Below, piece by piece: positions 28,638 to 39,235 of a DNA stretch of 64,000 bases. This stretch comes from Candidatus Latescibacterota bacterium (lineage in GTDB: Bacteria; Latescibacterota; UBA2968; GCA-2709665), in assembly GCA_965248435.1 (NCBI GenBank), contig OZ252100.1:3456001-3520000 (forward strand), read 5' to 3'. Position 1 is the stretch's first letter. Each line of letters begins with the position of its first letter. The notes under the pieces are model-generated. The model was not told where the DNA came from and searched no databases. It worked only from the letters and a program-made list of their open reading frames with translations. Position numbers and translations under genes: made by a program.

Positions 28638-31442
28638 ATGGAACGAAAACCGAGTCGACTCATCGTCTTCGCTGTCTTGCTGGCCGTACTCATAGGCATC
28701 AACATGCTGGTCTCCTACTATACAGACTGGCTTTGGTTCTTGAGCCTGGACTTTCAGAGTGTATTCTGGAGGATTATTCGGGCAAGAGTCGCCTCTGGAA
28801 TCTTCTTCGGGATTCTGACGCTTATTGTCGTGGGCACCAATCTCTGGGTAGCAGGCCGTTTTACCCGGTTCGCTCTGCGCCTGGGGAATAGTGAGATCCC
28901 GGGGGAGGCTGTACTGAGATCGAAGTCGGGCTACGTACTCGTAGGCGCTGCGATCGTGTTTATCCTGGGCAGTATAGGGGCCAGTCAGTGGGCCACGTGG
29001 CTGAGATTCTGGCATCCAGAGTCGTTCGGGGTCGTGGATCCCATCTTTGGCCGGGACGTCGGATTCTACGTTTTCTCACTTCCGTTCTACCAGTTCGTGT
29101 CGAAGTTTCTGCTCGGGGCGCTAATCGTGTCGGGGTTGTCGGTCGGAATGATTTACGTCACTGCGGGCGGGATCCGGCTTCAGGAGCAGATCGAATTCAT
29201 GCCACGCCCTATTGCCCACCTCTCGGCGCTCGGAGGTCTGTTCCTGCTCGACGTCGCCTGGATCTATCGATTAAAGATCTACGGTCTACTCTATTCACAG
29301 GGACGGGTCGCCTTTGGTGCGGGCTACACCGATGTGAATGTGCAGATCTGGGCCTACTGGTTTCTGGTGTTGATACTCCTCGGCGCGGCCGTCGTATTCT
29401 TCATGAACTTAAAATCGCAGACCGGCCGGCTCCCACTCATAGGCGTCGGTCTGCTTGTGGGCGGGGTGATTGTGGTGGGATCGGTGCCGTCCACGCTGGT
29501 TCAGAAGCTCGTTGTGGAGCCTAGCGAGCTTGAACGAGAAGCGCCTTACATCGAGTACAACATTCGTGCGACCAGGCAGGCTTTCGGAATCGAAGAGATC
29601 GAGGAAAAACCGTTTGAGGCGTCAGATGATCTGGATTGGGAAGATATCGAGGCCAATCCGTTGACGATTCGGAACGCACGCATTTGGGACGAACGCCCGC
29701 TGATCCAGACCTACCAGCAGGTGCAGGAAATCCGGCCGTACTACGCATTTTCCGGCGTTGATGTAGATCGTTATACGATTGATGGCGTCTACAGGCAGGT
29801 GATGCTCTCGGCACGGGAGATGGCTACAGACCGACTGCCTCCTCAAGCTCGTAATTTCGTGAACGAACAGCTGAATTACACTCACGGATATGGGATCGCT
29901 ATGAGCCCGGTGAACCGGGTAACGCCGGAAGGTCTGCCAGACTTCCTAATCCAGGATATTCCTCCCATATCATCAGTGCCGAGCCTGGAGGTGACGAGAC
30001 CCGAGATCTACTACGGAGAGCGAACCTATCCTTACGTCGTGGTCAACACGAGCAAGCCGGAGTTCGACTACCCGGAGGGTGATAAGAATCAATATACAAC
30101 ATACCAGGGGAGCGGAGGGGTGCCGATGGGCGGGTTTTTCGACCGGCTGATGTTCACGATCCGGTTCAAAGACGTGAACCTTCTGTTGAGCAATTACATC
30201 ACGTCCGAGAGTCGCGTTATGTTCCGGCGCCGCGTCGCAGATGAGCGTGCGAAGACGATCGCTCCTTTCCTGTCTTACGACGCAGACCCTTATGTTGTGC
30301 TTTCCGAAGGAAGAATCTTCTGGATTATCGATGCGTATACGACAACCCATATGTATCCGTACTCCACCCGGCAGGGTCGAGGCGGCGTTAATTACATCCG
30401 GAATTCAGTGAAGGTCGTCGTGGATGCCTACAACGGGTCTATTACGTACTATCAAATGGATCAGGAAGATCCCATCATAAAGGCCTATTCGAAGATCTTT
30501 CCGGGCTTCTTCAGGCCCTTCGAGGAGATGTCGGAGGATTTGAAGTCCCATGTTCGATATCCGATGGCCCTGTTCCGGATCCAGGCAGGGGTTTTTCAAA
30601 CCTATCATATGCAGGATGTGCAGGTCTTTTACAATCGGGAGGACCTCTGGGAGGTCCCATACGAGATCTATAGAGATAAAAAGCAGTTGATGGAGCCGTA
30701 CTACGTTATTGTCAGACTTCCGGAAGAGGAACGGGAGGAGTTTCTGCTGATGGTTCCATTTACGCCCTCGAAGAAGGATAACATGATCGCGTGGCTCGCG
30801 GCCCGATCTGACGGGGAAAACTACGGCAATCTGCTGGTATACAAGCTGCCGAAAGACAAACTGATATACGGACCGATGCAGCTGGAGGCGCGCGTCGACC
30901 AGCAGCCGGAGATATCCAGTCAGCTCACCTTGTGGGGTCAGCGAGGCTCGGAAGTGATCCGCGGAAATCTCCTGGCGATTCCGATCGAGCGCTCGTTTCT
31001 TTACATTGAACCGATCTATCTGCAGGCTCGGCAGGAACCTGAGGAGGAGCAATTTCCGGAGGATGGAGAGGAAGGGCCTCGAAGACGACGGATGTCTCAA
31101 ATGATGGAGCGCAGCACGGCGATTCCAGAGTTGAAGCAAGTCATCCTGGCCTTCGGGGGCCAGGTGATTATGCGGCCGACCTTTGACGAGGCCCTGCGAG
31201 ATCTCTTTGGGGTGGAAGGCAGGACTGAGATTTCCAGTGTTTCTTCAGAAGCGGAGGTCGCGCCGACCGGCGGAGTTTCACTGGCAACTGTCGGCGACCT
31301 GGCCGCTCGGGCGGAGGCACAGTATCATCAGGTGAGAAGATCACTACAAGAGTGGGACTGGGCCAAAGCAGGTGAGGTGATGAACGCCCTTGAAAGGACG
31401 ATCACCGACCTTCGAAGACGGTTGCTAGAAGAATCGAATTAG
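28638..31442 (+). CDS. UPF0182 family membrane protein
   Basis: TDWLWF; DPIFGRD.GFY.F.LP; YTHGYG; NYIRNSVK; V.RGNLL.IP. Confidence 0.93.
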   Translation: MERKPSRLIVFAVLLAVLIGINMLVSYYTDWLWFLSLDFQSVFWRIIRARVASGIFFGILTLIVVGTNLWVAGRFTRFALRLGNSEIPGEAVLRSKSGYVLVGAAIVFILGSIGASQWATWLRFWHPESFGVVDPIFGRDVGFYVFSLPFYQFVSKFLLGALIVSGLSVGMIYVTAGGIRLQEQIEFMPRPIAHLSALGGLFLLDVAWIYRLKIYGLLYSQGRVAFGAGYTDVNVQIWAYWFLVLILLGAAVVFFMNLKSQTGRLPLIGVGLLVGGVIVVGSVPSTLVQKLVVEPSELEREAPYIEYNIRATRQAFGIEEIEEKPFEASDDLDWEDIEANPLTIRNARIWDERPLIQTYQQVQEIRPYYAFSGVDVDRYTIDGVYRQVMLSAREMATDRLPPQARNFVNEQLNYTHGYGIAMSPVNRVTPEGLPDFLIQDIPPISSVPSLEVTRPEIYYGERTYPYVVVNTSKPEFDYPEGDKNQYTTYQGSGGVPMGGFFDRLMFTIRFKDVNLLLSNYITSESRVMFRRRVADERAKTIAPFLSYDADPYVVLSEGRIFWIIDAYTTTHMYPYSTRQGRGGVNYIRNSVKVVVDAYNGSITYYQMDQEDPIIKAYSKIFPGFFRPFEEMSEDLKSHVRYPMALFRIQAGVFQTYHMQDVQVFYNREDLWEVPYEIYRDKKQLMEPYYVIVRLPEEEREEFLLMVPFTPSKKDNMIAWLAARSDGENYGNLLVYKLPKDKLIYGPMQLEARVDQQPEISSQLTLWGQRGSEVIRGNLLAIPIERSFLYIEPIYLQARQEPEEEQFPEDGEEGPRRRRMSQMMERSTAIPELKQVILAFGGQVIMRPTFDEALRDLFGVEGRTEISSVSSEAEVAPTGGVSLATVGDLAARAEAQYHQVRRSLQEWDWAKAGEVMNALERTITDLRRRLLEESN

Positions 31443-31474
31443 CAGATCTGGTAGGTAAAACATTGTGCGGTGAC

Positions 31475-31515
31475 GAAAAGCGGGCGCCTGCGAACGAACA
31501 CAGCGCCCGCTTTTC
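31475..31515. terminator. bidirectional terminator
   Basis: GAAAAGCGGGCGC...GCGCCCGCTTTTC between convergent genes. Confidence 0.85.
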
Positions 31516-31528
31516 ATACAGATCAGGA

Positions 31529-33096
31529 CTATTTGTAAGGTTTCATCTCTCCGGATTTATACCTGTCCCAGTATTCATTCAGCGCGGCCTTGATCTGGGG
31601 GCTCAGAATAACACCGCCGATGATGTTTGGAAAGGCCATGCCAAGGATCATCATGTCGGAGAACCCGAGTACATTCTTCAGCGCGGTGACAGATCCGATG
31701 AAGACGAAGCAGACGAAGATAATGCGATAGATGAGGATGGAGCGTTCTCCAAAGAGGTATTCCCAGGCACGTTCTCCGTAGTAGGACCAGGAGATCATGG
31801 TGGAATAGGCAAACATCATGACTGCAACAGCGAGGACGTAGCGGGATCCGGGAATGAAGGACTCGAACGCTGCCGCCGTCATCTTCGCACCAACGATAAA
31901 CTCGCCGTGGCCTAGAAACTCGGGATGGGTGTAGACGCCTGTAATCATGCAGACAAGTGCGGTCATCAGACAGATAATGATGGTGTCGATAAAGGGGCCG
32001 ATCATCGCCACTATGCCCTCGCGAGCCGCCTCATCGGTGCGGGCTGCCGAATGTGCAAACGCGGCCGAACCGAGCCCCGCCTCGTTGGAAAATGCGGCCC
32101 GTTTGACTCCAGTGACCAGGACGCCCACCAGACCGCCGTAGAGTGCCTGAGGTGAAAAGGCCTCACTAAAGATTGTCACGATAAGCGCCGGGACTTCGCC
32201 GATCCTGGAGAGGATGATGAGGAGCGAGGTCAGCACGTAGAGGACACACATAACCGGGACGATGCGAGAGGTGACGCTGCCGATGCGCCGAATGCCTCCG
32301 ATGATCACGATTGCCACGAACGCCGAGAAGAGAACGCCCATAAGCCAGCTGTAGGTCTTGAACCCGGGGTGGACTGTGCTGAGGATTTCAAGGGTCTGGT
32401 TGGCCTGGAACATGTTTCCGCCGCCGAGCGATCCGCCGATGGTCAAGAGCGCGAACAAGACCGCCAGCGTCCGTCCGAGGGGTCGGAGACCTTTTGAGCT
32501 GAGACCGTGCTCGAGGTAGTACATGGGGCCGCCAGATATGTGTCCATCCGGATGGACCTGGCGATACATGATGGCCAGGGTGCAGGAGGCGAGCTTGGAG
32601 GACATCCCGAACAGGGCCGTTAACATCATCCAGAAGACCGCGCCCGGACCACCGAGCCCCACCGCGATGGCCACACCAGCTATGTTTCCGAGACCGATCG
32701 TGGCAGAGAGTGCGCTCGTGAGTGCCTGGAAGTGAGAAATTTCACCCGGGTCGTCGGGGTTGTCGTAGCGCCCCCGGATCACGTCGATCGAGTGCCTCAG
32801 ACCCCGGAGCGAGAGCCACTTGAAGAAGAAGGAGTAGTAGACGCCCCCAAGGACGAGCACCACGACGATGAGAGGAACCCCCGTGCCGAGGTCTGCAAAC
32901 AGGATGGCGGCCATCAGACCCACGTTTCTCCAAGCAGATCGTTCAGTCTCTCGATTTGGCCCTCAACCCACAGCGAAACCGTGGAGGGCTGAGAAAAGAG
33001 GTGACCTGAATCTTCGGCAAATGCAGGATTCACGAACGCAAGGTGGGCAACCCAAACCGACAGAATAGGCAGAACAGTTTGCCTGAGTTTGATCAT
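31529..33096 (-). CDS. alanine/glycine:cation symporter (AgcS), apparently frameshifted near 32925
   Basis: GEISHFQAL; TIGLGNIAGV; FSNEAGLGS; the 60-aa ORF 32914-33096 looks like the N-terminus in another frame. Confidence 0.85.
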
Positions 33097-33110
33097 GGAG
33101 CTTCCCCTGG

Positions 33111-33953
33111 TTAGAGATTCGGATGGAAACTTTGATAAAGTATAGCGAAACCGGCAGCAAAGATGACCAAAGTCAGCAGTAGTCTGAGTTTGGTTTCAGG
33201 AAGCCTTGCTGTCAACTGGCTCCCATAATAGACGCCGGGAATCGATCCGAGAGACATCAGGACGGCTGCAAGGATGTGAAGCTGACCCCCGTTGCCGTAG
33301 ATCAGCGAGGAAACCAGAGTCAGAATCAGGCCTATGAAGACGCAGGTTCCAACGCTTTGAGTGGCAGGGAGCCTGAAGCAGAGGAGCAGGACAGGGATGC
33401 CGAGGATGCCTGCGCCCAGCGCGGTGGCCCCGACGATGGCTCCGACGACGATTCCAAGGAGCGCGCTGGCCAACAACCTTATCACGGTCTCACGCATAAT
33501 GTCCTGAATTCTTCGTCCCTTGATAAGCGTCCAGATCAGGAGCGCGGCCCCCAAAAGCATTGCACATCCAACGAGGACCATCAGGTCTTGTTGAAACAAC
33601 AATCTTATCTCGGGATCCTGGGTTCCAGCACGCTCGTTTACAACCCACGCGGCGATTACGTCTCCCGGGATTGCGCCCATCAAGAAGAATGCTGACAGCC
33701 TGTAGCGAATCGTTCCGAGCATGAAGTGGCGATAGGTCGCAAAGATCTTCGTCAGAAAGGTGTAAAGGCTGGCTGTCCCCACCGCCATCGAGGCGTCTAA
33801 ACCGAATCCCATGGCCAATGCAGGCACGGCCAGTATACCTCCGCCAATGGCGGTCATTCCGATACAGAAGCCGATGACTGCTCCCGTGACAATCAGGAGC
33901 GTAATGTGAAGCGGAGCAAGCTCCAAGAGCCGGGTCCAGAGATCGGTCTGCAA
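33111..33953 (-). CDS. TauE/SafE sulfite exporter family protein
   Basis: G.TAIGGGIL.VP; AVGTASL; duplicated half; start uncertain. Confidence 0.85.
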   Translation of the reverse strand: MQTDLWTRLLELAPLHITLLIVTGAVIGFCIGMTAIGGGILAVPALAMGFGLDASMAVGTASLYTFLTKIFATYRHFMLGTIRYRLSAFFLMGAIPGDVIAAWVVNERAGTQDPEIRLLFQQDLMVLVGCAMLLGAALLIWTLIKGRRIQDIMRETVIRLLASALLGIVVGAIVGATALGAGILGIPVLLLCFRLPATQSVGTCVFIGLILTLVSSLIYGNGGQLHILAAVLMSLGSIPGVYYGSQLTARLPETKLRLLLTLVIFAAGFAILYQSFHPNL

Positions 33954-33958
33954 GGGCG

Positions 33959-34561
33959 TCACGCTACACCCTGGCGGTCGAGCTCGTTGTGGACGAGGAC
34001 GATGCACTGAGAGGCGAAGAGGGTCTTTGGACCCACACTCATGGATTGGAGGCCGAGTCGCTGGAGATATTTGTCGCTCTTTTTCGGCATCGCGAGATGG
34101 TCGCTGAACACGAAGACGGGATGGGCATCGAAAGAAATCGTCCGAACGTCTGTGCCGTCTGGTTTCAAAAGGTAGGGCACAGAACAAGCACATTTCTCTT
34201 TGACCAGGGGTTCAAAACCTTTTTTGCAAACAAAAAGGCCACTGTCGACCTCCTTTTCTTGCCCGGGCGAGAGGCCCAGTCCTTCCCCGAGAAGGGTTTT
34301 GATGATCGAGCAGATGCCTCGCTCGTCCGATCCTTCCAGAGTGCCGAGCGTCTCGCTTTCGAATCTGAGCGTCTTTGGAGGATCTCCTGGGCCGTCCAGG
34401 ACGACGTGGATGACCGTCCGGGAGCGGATCTGCTTTGAATAGAACAGCGCGTTGGCCACGCAATGGGCCACGATTTCCATTCTCCCTGCTCTACGCAAGT
34501 CGTCCAGCGAAAAATCGGGTGTCGTTCGGCCCCGTCGTGCGCGAAGGATAAATTCTCTCAT
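33959..34561 (-). CDS. trmY: tRNA (pseudouridine54-N1)-methyltransferase, SPOUT
   Basis: MREF.LRA....T..DFSLDDL..AGRME; DER; F.FSDH; S.GP..LFASQCI...HNELD. Confidence 0.85.
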   Translation of the reverse strand: MREFILRARRGRTTPDFSLDDLRRAGRMEIVAHCVANALFYSKQIRSRTVIHVVLDGPGDPPKTLRFESETLGTLEGSDERGICSIIKTLLGEGLGLSPGQEKEVDSGLFVCKKGFEPLVKEKCACSVPYLLKPDGTDVRTISFDAHPVFVFSDHLAMPKKSDKYLQRLGLQSMSVGPKTLFASQCIVLVHNELDRQGVA

Positions 34562-34582
34562 GGCCTAACTTAGAAGGAGCTG

Positions 34583-35356
34583 GTGATGGTTAGGAACAGA
34601 CTGGGCTGGATTTGTTTGACGATCATTTTTTACCTGTTGGAGACGCACCCCGCCCCGGCAGGGAAGCTTTCCACTGAAGACCCAAAGACCGATGCCGTGA
34701 TGGTCTCACTTCAAAAGAGATTGAAAAAAGTCGAGGCCTGCAGCTGCAAGGTTGTCACTGTCGTTCATTTGATGGGTCAGAAATTTCAGATCAACGGCAC
34801 TGCATATTTTATGGTCCCGGGAAAGATGCGCATCGATAAAGTCCTGCCCGGCGAAACGAATCAAACAGTTGTCTCGGATGGGGGCACGCTCTGGATCTAC
34901 GATGCTCAGGAAAAGGTGGCTTCGCGAACGAATCTCGGGAGGGTCTTCGAGGCCACAGGTCTGGAGGCGGATGCAGACAACCCTGACCCTACCCGTCCAT
35001 TCCGAGGTCTTGAGTGGAAGCAGATTCGATATATGGGAACAGAGGTCGTCGATGACGTGAGTTACCGCGTTTTCGAGGCCAAGCCTCAGGTGACCCTACT
35101 TCACGCAGAACTACCGGATGTCCCGAAGAAGGCCCGCGTCTTTATTCACCCGAAGGACGGAATGATGCGGTCGATTCATTTCATCGATGCCTCGGGTGAG
35201 GAGGTCCTATCCCAGCGGTTTGAGGAGATGGTGGTCAACCCTAAGCTGGATAAAAGCCTGTTTGAATTCGTGATCCCGTCGGGAGTACATATTATCGATA
35301 CGACGAATGAGGCCATTCAGATCTTGAAAGGGGCTTCTGGAAATGGAGGCCCGTAG
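34583..35356 (+). CDS. LolA-like outer-membrane lipoprotein carrier
   Basis: signal peptide; PGKMRI; VSDG.TLWIYD; NP.LD.SLFEF.IP.G. Confidence 0.8.
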   Translation: MMVRNRLGWICLTIIFYLLETHPAPAGKLSTEDPKTDAVMVSLQKRLKKVEACSCKVVTVVHLMGQKFQINGTAYFMVPGKMRIDKVLPGETNQTVVSDGGTLWIYDAQEKVASRTNLGRVFEATGLEADADNPDPTRPFRGLEWKQIRYMGTEVVDDVSYRVFEAKPQVTLLHAELPDVPKKARVFIHPKDGMMRSIHFIDASGEEVLSQRFEEMVVNPKLDKSLFEFVIPSGVHIIDTTNEAIQILKGASGNGGP

Positions 35357-35370
35357 TGGGGAAAAACCGA

Positions 35371-35904
35371 CTACTGCAGTATGTATCGTTCAAAGTAAAT
35401 ATCTTTTATCGGCGGCGGGACGGGCTCCTCCACGAGCGCAGCCGCACCTTCTGTCCATCCAAGCAACGCGTTAAACTCGGATAGTATCTCCTGTCGGGCC
35501 TCTTCCTTGAATTTGGGTGTACGGAGTTCGTCCTTGGTGTAGATGCTGAAGATGTCGATAACGATGTTTTGTGCCTTGGGGAGGATCCAGGGTTTGTCTA
35601 GAAGTTCGACTAAGATATCGGCGTCTTGGAACAGGATGTTGATCTTGAGAATCAAAAAGAATCGGCCCCGGCTGTCTACGGGGTTGATAAGCAGCTGCGG
35701 AAACAGGTCATAGATGTTGTCTGCTGACACATTCTCAGGAGGTTCCCAGGTTGGCAGTGCCGATTCCTCCACGGGAACTTCCCTTATGAAGAAGAACCAG
35801 ACAAGTCCACCAATGATGACGAGGAGGAGCACCACGGCAATGATAATCGCCGGGATGTTAAGCTCCTCGTCCTCCTCCTCATCTAAAAGTTCATCATCAG
35901 CCAT
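35371..35904 (-). CDS. fliL: flagellar basal body-associated FliL family protein
   Basis: acidic N-terminus and single TM; LINP.D..GR.FL; KDIYFERYILQ C-terminus. Confidence 0.8.
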   Translation of the reverse strand: MADDELLDEEEDEELNIPAIIIAVVLLLVIIGGLVWFFFIREVPVEESALPTWEPPENVSADNIYDLFPQLLINPVDSRGRFFLILKINILFQDADILVELLDKPWILPKAQNIVIDIFSIYTKDELRTPKFKEEARQEILSEFNALLGWTEGAAALVEEPVPPPIKDIYFERYILQ

Positions 35905-35974
35905 GGCACAAGCGCTTTATGGGTTGGATCTTGTGTAAATCGTCGTGTAGACAACTTTCCGTTTCATCACTCAT

Positions 35975-36634
35975 CTACGTCTCCCCATACCGTTGCAGGT
36001 AGTCTTGAACATTGGCGAGGTGTTTTTCTTTCCCGTTGACGCTGCGTGCTGCCAGGTGGTCTATAACCTCGTAAATGGTGACGATCGATCGAACCTCGAT
36101 TCCGGTCGCCTGCGCAAGCGCACGGGAAGCGCTTCCGCCGTCTGGCTTTCTCTCCTTACGATCAAGGGCGACGATAAGCCCAAGTATTTCGGCAGAGGAA
36201 GTGTCCCTGAGCCGTTGAATGGTCTCAATCTTTGTCGTTCCTTCGGTGATCACGTCGTCTACGATGACGATCTTGTCTTCTTCCGTCGGGATTCTTCCAA
36301 CAACCCAACCGCCCTCCCCGTGTGGTTTGTGCTCTTTTCGGTTGAAGCTGTAGCAGGAGCTCACGTTAAAGCGTCGCTTCAGGGCGATGGCCGTAGAGAC
36401 GCAGATCGGGATACCCTTGTATGCCGGGCCAAACACGATGGTAACCTCGTCCCTCAACTCCTGGAACGCTGAGGCATAAAAATATCCCAGTCGGTCGACA
36501 TCCTCACCGGAGTTAAACTGCCCGGCATCGAAAAAATAGGGTGAAATCCTGTCGCTCTTGAGTCGAAATTCACCGAAGCGGAGCGCACCCGTCTGGACAA
36601 GGAACTCGATGAACTCCTCCTGGTAGTCCTCCAT
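35975..36634 (-). CDS. pyrE: orotate phosphoribosyltransferase
   Basis: LRFGEF.LKS.RISPYFF; FGPAYKGIP; NRKE.K.HGEGG; VDDVITEGT. Confidence 0.95.
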   Translation of the reverse strand: MEDYQEEFIEFLVQTGALRFGEFRLKSDRISPYFFDAGQFNSGEDVDRLGYFYASAFQELRDEVTIVFGPAYKGIPICVSTAIALKRRFNVSSCYSFNRKEHKPHGEGGWVVGRIPTEEDKIVIVDDVITEGTTKIETIQRLRDTSSAEILGLIVALDRKERKPDGGSASRALAQATGIEVRSIVTIYEVIDHLAARSVNGKEKHLANVQDYLQRYGET

Positions 36635-36854
36635 CTGGGACCCCTTAATGTTCTTGACGGTATGATTTGGAGGGACGATCTTAAACGTCTTGGGGAGATG
36701 TGCGCCTTGCGGGGGGGAGGAGATGCTCTCGAAATCCAAGAGGATGCGGACAATTGGCTTTTAAGATAATAGGATGACAGGATAATTCCAAGTCATTTTC
36801 CAGCAACGATTTTCCAGAATTTTGCCTACTGGCGGGCTCGATTCGGCCATCAGA

Positions 36855-38105
36855 ATGAACTCAACTTTAGAACCTGTGTTGTTGAACGCCGCGCCCGGCG
36901 GCTGGGGCAATGAGGTCGATCGCCTCCGCACCCTGCTGGGTGCTCCAGACAATCCGGCCCTCTTCCCTCCACACTTCCTGAAGGCCACGTTTCCGAGTAT
37001 CGATGGTCGAATCATTTTGTTTGAGCTTGAACAGAAACCGGCAGCGGTCGGTTTCGTGTTCCCGCTCTCTTCTGGAGCACATTCTCGCCAGTTCACGCTG
37101 CGATTCCACCGGGTTGTCAGGGATCTCGACATAGGCCAGGCTGAATCGGTCCTCAAAGCGAGCGGGCTGCTTGGGAAGGACGAGGCTGTGTTCTATGACC
37201 CCCGTTCGGAACAGACGTATGCCAGTAGAAAGTCCGGACAGGTGAGGGATCTCGACGTGGGTCTGCCAGATGCGGAAGAGGCCTTGGCATTTCCGAGGCT
37301 GCAGGACCAGATCTGGCGCGGCGAACGGGATTTCCTCTACCCGAGCGACATTCATTCAAAGGGGTTTGGTTCGAGCTTGTCTCTTGTCGCGAGGTTCAGG
37401 GGCGCCCCGGCCGGATTTCTGTTTGGATTCTATAAGTTTGGTGAACCTTTGCTCCCTGAAATCTGGCGACTGAGATCCGAAGGGCGCCTCAAGGTCGAAT
37501 CCCAGCTGTTGGGTGTGCTTCCGGAATACCGAAGATTCGGGGTAGGATTCGCGTTAAAAAGGGCTCAGGCGGAGACTGCCCGTCGCGAGGGAATCGACGT
37601 CATCAACTGGACCGTTGATCCCCTGCAGTTCGCCAATGCCCGACTCAATTTTGGCCGATTGAGAGCGATTTCCTTCGATTTCTATCCGGATCATTACCCC
37701 TTCAGGAATGAGCTGAACCAGGTAGCGCCTTCCAGGCTTGGAATCACGTGGCTTGTCGACTCGCAGCGAGTGCGGAACGCACTTTCTGAACGCTCGGGGC
37801 CCGGCGTGGTTGATCTGGAGAAAGAGAAGGGGATCCAGAAATTGGATAGAGATTGGCAGAAGGAGGGGCTGGACGGGGATGCTCCGGGGATCGCGCTCGA
37901 GATTCCGGGAAACTGGGCCGCACTGCAAAAGGAGTCAGCGGAGGAGGCGTGGGCCTGGCGGGAGGCAACCGACACATTTTTTCAGAACCACCTGGGATTT
38001 GGGCAAGGGCAGTACGTCTTGACTGATGTCGGGGAGGTGGGGGATAGGAAATTCCTGGTAGCCAGAAGGGCTGACACGGAGCTGCTGAACCAGCTGGGGA
38101 ATTAA
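36855..38105 (+). CDS. GNAT-family acyltransferase (putative D-amino acid N-succinyltransferase)
   Basis: SQLLGVLPEYRRFGVG.ALKRAQ; WTVDPLQ..NA.LN..RL; SRL...W. Confidence 0.78.
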   Translation: MNSTLEPVLLNAAPGGWGNEVDRLRTLLGAPDNPALFPPHFLKATFPSIDGRIILFELEQKPAAVGFVFPLSSGAHSRQFTLRFHRVVRDLDIGQAESVLKASGLLGKDEAVFYDPRSEQTYASRKSGQVRDLDVGLPDAEEALAFPRLQDQIWRGERDFLYPSDIHSKGFGSSLSLVARFRGAPAGFLFGFYKFGEPLLPEIWRLRSEGRLKVESQLLGVLPEYRRFGVGFALKRAQAETARREGIDVINWTVDPLQFANARLNFGRLRAISFDFYPDHYPFRNELNQVAPSRLGITWLVDSQRVRNALSERSGPGVVDLEKEKGIQKLDRDWQKEGLDGDAPGIALEIPGNWAALQKESAEEAWAWREATDTFFQNHLGFGQGQYVLTDVGEVGDRKFLVARRADTELLNQLGN

Positions 38106-38114
38106 TGACGGGAG

Positions 38115-39227
38115 ATGCCTGACGTGCAGGTTGAACGAGTTGATTTGATGATCGTGAGGATGCCGCTCATTCGATCATTCGAGACCAGTTCGAGCAAAAG
38201 AAGACATCTGGACCATATTCTCGTAAAGGCCTACACGGAGGGCCTCGTGGGATGGGGTGAGTGTGCGGTCCCGCCCGATCCTTTCTACTGCGAAGAGACG
38301 ACGGAGACCTGCTGGCACATTCTGAATGACTTCCTGGTTCCGCTCGTTCTTGGCAAGCCCTGGAGTCGCGTAGAAGAATTACTGCGCCAGTATGAGAAGG
38401 TGAAGCGAAATCGTTTCGCGAAGGCAGGGCTCGAGATGGCTTTTTGGGATATCCTGTCTCAAGCGGAGGGACAGGCCCTGCACGTCCTGTTGGGCGGGAC
38501 GCGGGAAGCGATTGAATCCGGTGTCAGCTTGGGCATCGAGAGGGACATACAGCACTTACTCGATCTTATTGATGGATTCCTCGAGGAAGGCTACCGACGC
38601 ATCAAACTCAAGATCGCTCCGGGTCGGGATGTGGATGTCGTCAGACGTGTGAGGGAACGCTATCCAGATGTCCCGCTCATGGTGGATGCGAATTCGGCCT
38701 ATCGACTCTCGGATCTGTCCGTCATCAAGGAGCTTGATGCATTCGATTTGATGCTGATCGAACAGCCTTTAGCACACGATGACATCGTGGATCACGCCAA
38801 GCTTCAAAGAGAGATCCAAACTCCTGTTTGTCTCGACGAGAGTATTCATTCATCCGAGGATGCGCGTAAGGCGCTGGATTTGGAAAGCTGCCGGGTGATC
38901 AACATCAAGGTCAGCCGGCTGGGCGGACTACTGGAGGCCAAACGCGTCCACGATCTTTGTCACGGCCGCGGTGTTCCCGTTTGGTGTGGCGGGATGCACG
39001 AGTATGGCATCGGACGCGCCGCGAACGTGGCCATCTCAAGCCTGCCCGGTTTTAGCATTCCGGGAGATGTGTCGGGGTCGGACAAGTACTACGCTGAAGA
39101 TTTGATCGATCCCCCGATTCGTGCCGTGGACGGCTGCATAACGCTACCAAAACTACCCGGGCTGGGCTATGCAGCCATGGAAGATCGTATTCAGCGGCAT
39201 ACGACGAGAACGGCTTCGCTGACCTGA
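38115..39227 (+). CDS. menC: o-succinylbenzoate synthase / N-succinylamino acid racemase (NSAR subfamily)
   Basis: FETS; RIKLKI; MVDANSAY; EQPL; LDES; NIKVSRLGG; WCGGM.E; PGDVSGS. Confidence 0.9.
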   Translation: MPDVQVERVDLMIVRMPLIRSFETSSSKRRHLDHILVKAYTEGLVGWGECAVPPDPFYCEETTETCWHILNDFLVPLVLGKPWSRVEELLRQYEKVKRNRFAKAGLEMAFWDILSQAEGQALHVLLGGTREAIESGVSLGIERDIQHLLDLIDGFLEEGYRRIKLKIAPGRDVDVVRRVRERYPDVPLMVDANSAYRLSDLSVIKELDAFDLMLIEQPLAHDDIVDHAKLQREIQTPVCLDESIHSSEDARKALDLESCRVINIKVSRLGGLLEAKRVHDLCHGRGVPVWCGGMHEYGIGRAANVAISSLPGFSIPGDVSGSDKYYAEDLIDPPIRAVDGCITLPKLPGLGYAAMEDRIQRHTTRTASLT

Positions 39228-39235
39228 TTTCCTGG

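Noticed and set aside
38115-39227. Menaquinone biosynthesis cluster
   Set aside because: No other men genes nearby; context points to racemase function
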